The notes below the pieces were generated by a model, which had not been told where the DNA came from, did no database searches, and saw only the letters and a list, made by a program, of their open reading frames with translations. The position numbers and the translations under genes were made by a program. 64,000 nucleotides of DNA from Octopus sinensis. Lineage: Eukaryota. Every line of letters starts with the position of its first letter. Position 1 is the first letter of the stretch. The stretch spans positions 118,234,001-118,298,000 of the forward strand of contig NC_042997.1 in the NCBI RefSeq assembly GCF_006345805.1, in the 5' to 3' direction. Of this stretch, positions 53,084-64,000 are shown piece after piece.

Positions 53084-55986
53084 TCACAAAACTGAAGCGA
53101 ACACAAGTGGTGTTATGGTGTTGGGAGGTGGGGGAAGCGAGAGTGGGGAAACCAAGGGCGGGGTGTAGGGTAGGCTGAGGGTGGGAGTAGAGGTTGGGTA
53201 TGTGGGTGTATATATATATATATAAAGCAAATAAGTAACAAGAATGTCAAGGTATTAGTGCATTACGGCCGTTTCAGGCGACTCCATTTAATCGAACAGT
53301 GCAAGCATTACATCAATTTGTAATACACCGCCTTCCTCGGACTTATAAGACCATATAGGTTTTCAACATGCAGGATACTCTATTATTATTTTTTAGTAAA
53401 TTTTTCATGTTGAGAATTAGTGAATAAAAGAATCACATGCCTGTTGCTATTATTGTAGCGGAATAAAATTGGGGGAAACTAACCCAAATATAACTTGTAG
53501 TGGCCGAAGAGAATAACAATGGAGGTCATGAGATGGTAACATAGATACATTTATCTGTTTCCTTATCACGATCAAAAGATCTAATGCAGCTAGTATACTA
53601 CGTCCACAAAGAATTAAGAACACTGGGAGCTGACAGTTAAGTTCTAACTGTTAGTGACAAATCAATTAATGTCATATACTCTTCCTAACCCCTAATTTAC
53701 TATGGCTATAAATTTGCTGTGACTACATAAAGGAACAAATCTCAGAAGATGACAGTAAGTTAGTCTTGTATATGTCCAGAAAGAGGGAGGGTAGGGGTGA
53801 CATAAACTATTTTATTATTATAAGTTAAATGGTGCCTAAAATAAAAAAATAGAGGAGGTCACAATGATGGCGTTAAGGGTTCAGGGGAGAAAATGTATAT
53901 CTAAAATGTCGCAAAATGTATACATTATTATATTTTGTATAACAAATAGAAAAATTTTTTAATTTAGAAAAGGATGCGAGGACCAAGTAAAAGAATAAGG
54001 ATATATAAACCAAGTTAAGTTGAAAAAAAGTAGGGTACTTTTATATAAAACAGAAGCCTCGTAATACTTCATTCTAGCAAAATGTTATGGTTGTCATGAT
54101 AAAACCATTCAACTATGAACCCATAAAGTAAATTCAGATTTCATCCGAGAAAGAGGTACACATTTTACTATTGACTGAAAACCAGGGATGAAAGGCAAGA
54201 AATGAGATAATTGGTTATATAACAGATAAACTTATTTTAAAAACCTTGAGGAAATATAATTATATTGGTGCCTCATTTTAAGTATTTAATCCAACTGAAT
54301 CTTAACTATTCTTACATACATACATACATACATACAATATATTATATATTATATATATATATATATATAATATATTATATATATATATATTCATTTAAAT
54401 CATTCATATTTTATCTACACACGCACACACACAACACAACATGTATATATACATATGCAGACATATATATAAATGAAATAATTCCCCGTGACTAAAAAGT
54501 GACGAAGGGTGCAGAGAATCCCAGCATTGCTAGACATAATAGTCAAAGAACTCTTTAGCCACAGAAGAACATTTTCTACTTACTGACAGGGGAGACAATC
54601 TCCCCACCGCAAACGAGTGGTAGTGGTAGTAGATTGGCATGCCAATTTTGCATTGAATTTAATGCTCATCAATGATGCTTATTCTATTGCGGCTGGTGAC
54701 GCCAAGTTCTACCCTGTCAGTATATATATATATAGAATTTACCATAGGAATCAGTGGCTGATTCCACAAAATGGTAATGTGTAAATTATAAAATAATTAA
54801 AGTGGCTATACGCAATTTAAAACCCAAAAGGAAGTAATTCACCATCATTAAGTTGGCGTATAGTCACCTAAATTAATTATCTCATATATATACTTACGAT
54901 ATGTCTTTATCTAGTAAGATCTAGGAACTTAAGGAAAGCGGGACTAGATTTAGCCTTAAATGCGATATAAAACGGAGGGCGCAGCCTTACAGAAATAGTC
55001 GATATGGGTGTGAGCTTTGCTTTAGGGAACTTTAGGAGATTTAGTACAGAGACAAGAAGAACCTGATCAATAATAGATTAAACCTAAGGGTATCATGCGT
55101 GCATAGCATCGCCCGCACATTTAAGTATTTTCGAAACCAATAATATTACATTTATCATACTTGGAATTTTTGGTGGTAGAAATTAATTTCGATGTCGTAT
55201 CTTTACAACTTACCTGCTAATATAGAATATTAATATAGGATATTATGTGATATAGTATTATGTGATATATGCTATATGTTATGTGTGATGTACTACATGT
55301 ATTATTACACTATGGTAGCCCCTGCCTGGTTAGTCTCACTTAATCCTATTTGGTGATTACACTATTCTTTCCTTCTATGAATTTCTATCCTATCAGTCAC
55401 AGTAAGTATATCTGTATTAATTTTGATGATAGTAAGACTCCTTTGGCTGAAACTTATACCCCCTAAAAATATAAATCATACATACAATAGCACCTGTAAT
55501 ACTATAACTTACGAAGCCACTTTGGTATGAATACATTGCACTGTTCCCATTACTTTCATACCTATTACCCTTTTTAAGTTACCTTTCCTACCTTTAATTT
55601 TAACACCGTGTCTCTTTGTAGGTATTTTTTTTATTATTTTCTATAAATTCCTATTATTTTGAATTCTTATTTTGGTATGTTTACTTTATTAATCTCTTAT
55701 CCTTTATGTTTTACCTTTATACTATTAAATTTGTATGGTTTTGAATTTAATATTTTTGCATTACCTTCGCTTATATTGATATTGCAGTCTACGGATCGTT
55801 GAACATATTACATCTCATCTCTCCACGCATGTGGCTCAATATGGTTCTTAAATTGTTATTTTTCATGTTCGTAAATTGATATTTTCAGTTACTTACGTTC
55901 ACGCCAAATAATTACACTGAGTCTGAATTATTAAAAACTTGGATGGATTTTTGAAAAACAAGTCTGTGGAATTTACACACGCAAGC

Positions 55987-56017
<31 letters not shown>

Positions 56018-56179
56018 TGCGGCAGATATCTATCACTTGTCGCTTAGCAGATTCACTCACAAAGCTTTGGTTAGCCCGAGAATATTTTAGAAAACACCCA
56101 AAGTATCGCACCGTGGGACTGAACCCACGACGATGTGGCTGGAAGGCAAATTCCTTACCACACAGTAACCACACAGCGC

Positions 56180-56210
<31 letters not shown>

Positions 56211-56214
<4 letters not shown>

Positions 56215-56392
56215 GAACTCCATCCCCTTCAAGACCAAGTGGAGACTACTACAGAAGGCGCGTTCGTATACAGGAGGCCATACCTGCTGTGACCTTTGCA
56301 TTTCCGAGAGCCTAGAGATCTTGTTCGCCAAAGGCCATCTCCTCAACAAGATCTCAGAACACTCCCCAATTGCATGCATAAAATTATGCTAA
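56211..56392 (+). mobile_element. C-terminal fragment of a second Penelope-like element
   Basis: KWRLLQKARSYTGGHTCCDLCISESLEIL..LLNKISE matches the W..I..A..Y..G...C.LC..E...I..LNKRSE..C pattern also seen at ~52100-52230. Confidence 0.75.
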
Positions 56393-56452
56393 CTACAAAC
56401 ACTAAACTATAGACCCACCGGCAACCGATTGACGACACCCCACCCACAAAAT

Positions 56453-56644
56453 CCCCAACCCCACCGTTCCCCCAGCACCCCGATTAACTTTCCTCCTAAG
56501 ACTATTCACAGATTGTATATGTACACTTGATATATGTATTGCATATATGTATAGAAATGAATGGGTGTTAGTAGGAATATACGCATGTATGTGAGTGCAT
56601 GTATATGTATGTGTATGTGTATGTACATTTGCATGTATATGTGT

Positions 56645-56689
<45 letters not shown>

Positions 56690-57651
56690 ATATAAATTAA
56701 AACCACATACATCACACACACATGTACATACACATACACATACATATACATGCACTCACATACATGCGTTATTCCCTACTACACCCATTCATCTATACAT
56801 ATATGCAATACATATATACAAGTGTACATATACAATCTGTGAATAGTCTTAGGAGGAAAGTTAATCGGGGGTGCTGGGGGAACGGTGGGGTTGGGGGTTA
56901 TATACATACATACATACACACATAACTCTACATACCTACATATACATAAACACACAAGCGTACACATATATATATATACATATATATATATATCTATATA
57001 CATATGCATACATACATACATACACACACATACACACACATATATATACATTTACACACACATTTACACATATATATACACATACACATACATATACACA
57101 CATATATATATATATATATGTGTATATATACATGTATATATATATATACACACAAGCACATACATGCATAAATGTATACATATGTTTTTATACAAATGCA
57201 TACACATACACACTCGCGCCTCCTTATATACATAAATACTACATGCATACAGACGCATACTCATGTAATAAATAATGAAAATAAATAATAGATATATATA
57301 CACATGCAGTTACCCTTTGTACAGACGGAAACATACATATAAGCATACACGTATATCCCTATCTACACATATGTATATATACATACATACATGCACATAC
57401 AATAACTCTACATACTTACATATACATAAACACACGAGCGTACACACACCTATATTATTATATAACATATACACAATATATACATACATACAACACATAC
57501 ATACACACATATATACATATATATATATATACATACATACATAACAACATACACATTACACATACATATATATATATATAATATATATATATAATATATA
57601 TTACATATATGTATGTATGGTGTATGTGTATGTATTGTATGTATGTATATG

Positions 57652-57682
<31 letters not shown>

Positions 57683-58253
57683 GTATGTGTATGTATGTGT
57701 ATGTATGTATATGTATATATATATATGTGTATATATGTGTGGATGTATGTGTATGTATGTATATATATGTGTATATGTATATATATATATATATATAACA
57801 TGTGTACGCTCGTGTGTTTATGTATATGTAAGTATGTAGAGTTATGTGTATGTGCATGTATGTATGTATATATACATATGTGTAGATAGGTATATACGTG
57901 TATGCTTATATGTATGTTTCCGTCTGTACAAAGGGTAACTGCATGTGTATATATATCTATTATTTATTTTTCATTATTTATTACATGAGTATGCGTCTGT
58001 ATGCATGTATGTATTTATGTATATAAGGAGGCGCGTGAGTGTGTGTATGTGTATGCATTTGTATAAACATATGTATACATTTATGCATGTATGTGCTTGT
58101 GTGTATATATATATATATATACATGTATATATACACATATATATATATATGTGTATATGTATGTGTATGTGTATATATATGTGTAAATGTGTGTGTAAAT
58201 GTATATATATGTGTGTGTATGTGTGTGTATGTATGTATGTATGTATGTATATG

Positions 58254-58292
<39 letters not shown>

Positions 58293-58360
58293 GTGTACGC
58301 TTGTGTGTTTATGTATATGTAGGTATGTAGAGTTATGTGTGTATGTATGTATGTATATAT
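56453..58360. repeat. Two adjacent fold-back duplications centred on (TA)n tracts
   Basis: 56453-56897 (centre ~56670) and 56899-58360 (centre ~57590). Unique anchors such as gttaccctttgtacagacggaaac and gtttccgtctgtacaaagggtaac are reverse complements. Confidence 0.85.
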
Positions 58361-59766
58361 ACATATGTGTAAATAGGTATATATGGGTATGTTTATATGT
58401 ATGTATCCGTCTGTATAATGGGTAACTGCACGTATATATATCATTATTATTATTATTATTATTTGAGTATGAGTATGTATATATGTATGTCCTGTATGCA
58501 TGTATGTATTATGAACATAAGGAGGCGCGCCGTGTGTGTGTTGGATGTGTATGCATATGTATAGACATATGTATACATTTATGCATGTATGTACTTATGT
58601 GTATATATAGATGCGCGTGTGTGTGTGTGTATGTGTACGCATATATATATATGTGTGTGTGTGTGTATGTGTATATATGTATGTATATGTGGATCTATAT
58701 GTATATGTATATATATGTATATATATATGTATACGTGTATGTATATGTATATATGTGTATGTATGTGTATATGTATATGTGTATATATATTAATTAGTGT
58801 ATATGTATGGACTAGTCTTCTGTGGGTGTATTGAGGTATGTATGTGTATGCGTGTAGATATGTGAATATACGTGAATGTATGTAGATGTATGCGTGTATG
58901 AATATAACACGTGCGTGTGCGTATGGGTATGTGTGTAGGTGTGAGTGTGTGGGCGTGAGTGAGTGCTTGCGTTCGTATCAGTGAGTAGATAGATAAACGG
59001 ACTCTTTAGATCATCCCTTGAGACCGGCTGACCGCGGTCAAGATAAAAATAAAGATATAAACAAAAGTAGTAATAATAAAATTAAAATAAGAGAATAAAA
59101 ATGTGTGTGTATGTGTGTGCATGTACATGCATGTGTATATATGTGTGTATGTATACATATGTGCGAGTGTGTATACATATATGTATATATATGTATGTAT
59201 ATGTGTATTTGTGTGTACGTACATGGGTATGTGTATATATATGTATATATATGTATATATGTATGTATATGTATATGTATGTATATATATGTATATATGT
59301 ATGTATATGTATATGTATGTATGTATATATATATATGTATGTATATGTGGGTATGTATGTATATGTATAGATATATGTGAATATGTGGGTGTATATATAT
59401 GTATATATATATGTAGATGTACAAGTGAGAGTCTCTTACTTACCTAAAACTCTATTTTTATTTATTCTTTTATTCTTTTATTTATTTTTTTATCTACTTT
59501 ACCACCGATTCCTTGACCACTCCCCTAATAATGACAGTTTGCGCCATGCCTACCCCCAAAAAAGTCCCCCACCACCACCCATTAAACCTGCCTAAATGTA
59601 TAAATGCCAAAACAACTCTTGTCCACTAGCTTCCTGATGATTTCTTTTGAATGAAACAGTTCTAGTCCTGTAGAAGCTCCTTCTATATAATAAATTAATT
59701 TACTCTGCTATGTATTGAGAGTACCTTATTACTGTGGTTAACCCCGACTCAACCCGGAGGACCTAC

Positions 59767-59822
<56 letters not shown>

Positions 59823-60751
59823 TATATTATATATATATGGTGTGTGTGTGTGTATGTATGCATGTATGTATGTTATATATACACACATATGTATATGTGT
59901 GTATATACATATGTATATGTATATAACCCCCTCTTTGTATATCTATCTGTATACATTATTTTTTATACTGTTATACCTATTTATATCAGTATACACTTTT
60001 TCTTGTATATTTATATTTAATTATATCTATGTATTATCATTATCTTATTACCTTGTTTCTGATTAATTACTTTCAATCAGTAAGATAGTATGTGTATCCC
60101 TCCAGACACTTCATACGTAAGTAGTTTGAGTGGTCTTTATAGAGACCACCCAATAATTAATTAATTAAGTATAGATGAGGTATTTAATTGATTCTACATA
60201 ATAGTAATCTTCCTTTTAATGTTTAAAATTGTTCCATATACACCTTTTAGCTAACTTGGTTATGATATCACTTCCTAGAATGTTTTCAAATTTTATTCTA
60301 TTCTTATACAACATAATAATATTGTATATAGGTGCTCTCCCACTGAGTCCCGAATAGTTTCCTGAATCTCATTATAGCGTCCCAAGTTTCATAGTGTATT
60401 CCCGTTTAACTGGTAACAGCATCATGAACTAAAGTCACCCGTACTCCACCTCTTCTATAGACAGTTACTTCTATCTAATTGACTCTTTCTAAAGTTTTCT
60501 TTCTGTTCCACCCCACCCTCACACACATACGGCAGGTATCTATCACTTGTCGCTTACCAGATTCACTCACAAAGCTTTGGTTAGTCCGAGGACGTATTAG
60601 AAACATCCATAGTATCACACAATGGAGCTGATTCCAGGACGTGTGGCTGGAAGGCAAATTCCTTACCACACAGTAACACAGCGCATGTATGTATATATAA
60701 CATATACATAAAAACATACACGCATGTATAGCTAGTATATATATAATATAT

Positions 60752-60794
<43 letters not shown>

Positions 60795-60796
<2 letters not shown>

Positions 60797-61807
60797 CTAG
60801 CATTATGACCTGTCGTTGCCGGGTCATAGTGCTAGTGCATGTATATATGTGTACATATTACATGTACATCTATATATATGCATCTACACATAAAATACAA
60901 AATACAAAGTTATAATCTTGATATCGCTAGTGATAACTTAAAATATATAACAGACTGGAATTGTAGGCCCGTCTCTTGCAATTTCGATCAATTGTATCTT
61001 GTCCCCCCTCTTGTATAAGAAGTGTGGCTACAATCCAGCCTACCTCTACTTCTGGAGGGACATTTTAAATTTTTATCCGGGACGTCCTACATCCCAGATA
61101 TAAAGGTAAAAATAAAATATTTCCACTTTGCAAGGTTCGAGTCGAGTACTCCCTTGCACGCTCCGTTGACTCGAACCTTGTTTCTATTGTGGCGAATTTA
61201 CCGCCTCTAGTTAGATATCTTTCATAGTCGCACCAAGACACTTTTCGATGGTGCTTTCCTCCAGGTATTCAAATCTTCTTTTTTCTCTACATTGTATACT
61301 TTATAGACAGTAGTCTTTTCTTTAATTTAATTTTTTATTATCCATCTGGACTATTCCATTCCGGCACGCTAATTTTATTTTTAATTTATTCCCATTCATG
61401 TGAAGCCACTTATTCAAGTTCAAGTCATTGATGCAATTTTATATCAATTGCTATTTTTACTTTTGTTATGTTACGATTATATTATACTTTAGTTTGATTT
61501 TAATTATTACTTACTACATATAATTCAATTGTTATTATTATTTTTATTGTTAAAGTGAAAGTATCTGATATAAAATAGAGAAATGTTTTTGTTTCACTTT
61601 TAACACGTAATACTGAAATAGTGGAGAAGATATGATATTGCTATGGGCTCGCTCTAGGCATGAAGTTGAATTTTTTTTGGCGATGAAACTACATGGACCC
61701 TAAGTAAGGCATGTGTAAAATTTGAATGAAATTGGTTGTGTAGTTCTCAAGTTTTAGGGAAACACACAGACAGACAGACACACATTCTCAGTTATATATA
61801 TATGGAT
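60795..61807 (+). mobile_element. ~1-kb non-autonomous Helitron/Helentron-like element
   Basis: 5' tactagcattatgacc..gggtcatagtgctagt hairpin; 3' aaatttgaatgaaattggttgtgtagttctcaagtt..acagacagacagacacacattctcagttatatatatatggat. Same architecture as 1413-1783. Confidence 0.5.
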
Positions 61808-61853
61808 ATATATATATTCCAACTATATATTGCACGCTCCAGTTTCATTCTGT

Positions 61854-61900
61854 CTCCTACACTTCGGACCTCCTACACTTCGGTCTCCTACACTTCGGAC
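61854..61900. repeat. 16-bp minisatellite, three units
   Basis: ctcctacacttcggac x3 (middle unit 15 bp). Confidence 0.9.
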
Positions 61901-61999
61901 TTCCATGTGATATTTCTACACCTTTCCTACATATACAGGGATTACACTGGACTCTTCCGTTGATGAGAAATCGCTCATATACACCACGACTATTGAATT

Positions 62000-62290
62000 T
62001 TTTGAATATTTCTGAACTTTTTTTGTATTTTCTGCTTTTTCCTATTGCCGTTTTTTTTCTTTTTCTTACTGGTTTTTCCTACTCTGTTTTCTCTCAATGC
62101 GAGCCACTGAAACTTTTTTATTTTCTCTCTCTGTTTATTTCTGTGTTCCTTTCTGTTGAAGAGCGTAGGCTCGAAACATAAAAGACCTTCTCACTTCCCG
62201 AGCTAATACATCTGTTGTTTACACACTCGTCTTCGTCTTTTGTTTTGTTTGATTGTTTGTAAATTATAACTATAAATATATGTTTGTGTG
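62000..62290 (+). mobile_element. Pyrimidine-rich repeat with a minimal hammerhead motif
   Basis: 62149-62184: cttt-CTGTTGA-a-GAGC gtag GCTC-GAAAC-ATA-aaag. The ttcccgagc tail resembles the 1073/9455 family. Confidence 0.6.
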
Positions 62291-63084
62291 TGTGCGCGTG
62301 TGTGTGTGTGTGTAGGAATGAATGCATAGACTATTCCATGTATATAATATTTATAATATAATAATAGTCTTGCTTCTCTCTCCGTCTTTTTCTCTGTTAC
62401 AGACTATCCTCAAATCAAGATAACTTGAATGCAATTTATTTAGAGAAACAAAACAATACATTTTGAATTTATTCAATTTATTCATTGAATTCACTAATGC
62501 AGTGCAAAGAAAAATATAGTTTGTGTTTTATATTGGCAAAAGTTTGTTTTCTGCGCACTCACACGAAAAAATATAGCAATGAATATTTCACTCTCAGATC
62601 AACGATAGTCCCTGTGAATGAAAGAAAAGACAAAAACGAATAGACTGGCATAAGATAACAAAAAATAAGCTACAGATTTACTTAGATATTCAATTATTAA
62701 AACTTAATTCGGGTGTTATTCTTTTTCGACTTATTGAATGTAATTCCTTCTAGCACTAGAAAAAACTTATGTCTGAGGTAGGTTAACCATTTTACAAACA
62801 CATTCAGTTAGTAAAATACACAATTCTGTTGTTCGTAAGTTAAATATATTTTCCACTTAAATACTGGTTGTATATACAACAACATTGTAACTGAAAAAGA
62901 CGCCATAAAGGCGAATAACAATAATCCACAGAGAGTTATCGCTTATCACTTTCTTTATGTATGAAGGCGTTTTGTTTGATACTTCACTGAAATGCTACGT
63001 TAACGTTGTGGACAAGATTATCATAAAAATCCTTTCGACTTTCATATTCTGCTACAAATATTGCTAACATACACGCTTATATGT

Positions 63085-63650
63085 GGAGGCGCGTGGCTTA
63101 GTGGTTAGAGTGTCAGCACCATGATCGTAAGATTGTGGTTTCGATTCCTGGACCGGGCGACGCGTTGTGTTCTTGAGCAAAACACTCCATTTCACGTTGC
63201 TCCAGTCCACTCAGCTGGCAAAAATGAGTAACGCTGCGATGGACTGGCGTCCCGTCCAGGTGGGGAACACATACGCCATTGAAACTGGGAAACCGGGCCC
63301 ATGAGCCTGGCTAGGCTTTAAAAGGCGCATTTAAGTGGAGGCGCAATGGCCCAGTGGTTAGGGCAGCGGACTCGCGGTCGGAGGATCGCGGTTTCGATTT
63401 CCAGACCGGGCGTTGTATATGTTTATTGGGCGAAAACACCTAAAAAGCTCCACGAGGCTCCGGCAGGGGATGGTGGCGACCTCTGTTGTACTCTTGCCAC
63501 AACTTTCTTTCACTCTCTCTTCCTGTTTCTTGAGTAACGCTGCGATGGACTGGCGTCCCATCCAGCTGTGGGTGGGGGAACACATACGCCACAGAAACCG
63601 GGAAACCGGGCCCATGAGCCTGGCTAGGCTTGAAAAGGGTGACGTTTATA
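63085..63650 (+). mobile_element. Two tandem tRNA-derived SINEs sharing a 3' tail
   Basis: 63085-63331 and 63337-63650. A/B boxes (tggcttagtgg, gtttcgattcc), different bodies, common tail gagtaacgctgcgatggactggcgtccc.tccag...catgagcctggctaggctt. Confidence 0.88.
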
Positions 63651-64000
63651 GTTTATCGTTACACACTTATATTCACCATTGTGATAGTTTTTATGCAGGA
63701 ATTCTCTCTGCTAGAAAGAACAACTGATTCTCATTTGAATCAGCTAGAAATATACATCATAAAACCTTGACTCGGAAGTTGATTTTGAAGTCATTTAAGT
63801 TATTTAAATATTCTTCAATGCATATATTGAGCGTGCAGAATATGAAATAAAATAATTTTAAATAAACGATTTTAGTTAAACAACACTGAAATATCATTTA
63901 TTCAGCTTTTGCCAACTAAATTTCATTTATTTATCCGATTAATCCCCTCTCCTACCAATATACCAGAATATAACTTCTAATTTGCTGAAATGTTTTGTGA

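Noticed and set aside
56506-59447. Dozens of YI/CV/HT-rich ORFs
   Set aside because: Translations of TA/CA/TATG microsatellites; the same applies to similar ORFs at 0.7-1.5, 10.5-11, 12.1-12.7 and 24.2-24.7 kb.
63085-63160. Functional tRNA genes at SINE heads (also 28255, 33320, 42260)
   Set aside because: A/B boxes are present, but acceptor stems are not closed and each head continues into a multi-copy SINE body.

Overview
AT-rich, microsatellite-saturated animal genomic DNA, most likely from an octopus or related coleoid cephalopod (inferred from the repeat landscape, not proven). I recognise no intact host protein-coding gene; almost every ORF in the supplied track is a translated (TA)n, (CA)n, (TAA)n or (GAT)n tract. 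The window is a mosaic of decayed mobile DNA: three tRNA-derived SINE families, two copies of one mariner family, R4/Dong-type and RTE LINE fragments, a CR1/L2-like fragment, Penelope-like element (PLE) pieces (one young-looking copy with RT plus GIY-YIG and an inverted 3' duplication), Helitron/Helentron-like non-autonomous elements and a 28S rRNA fragment. The structure the ORF track misses is RNA-level: about a dozen complete, partial or degenerate type I hammerhead ribozyme (HHR) motifs in at least five unrelated repeat families. One family, present in two copies, has a tRNA-derived Pol III head joined through (TAA)n to an HHR tail, a candidate ribozyme-carrying SINE. There are also many fold-back inverted duplications, several containing HHRs. 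Arm differences are mostly single-base indels, so residual long-read errors or fold-back artefacts must be excluded.
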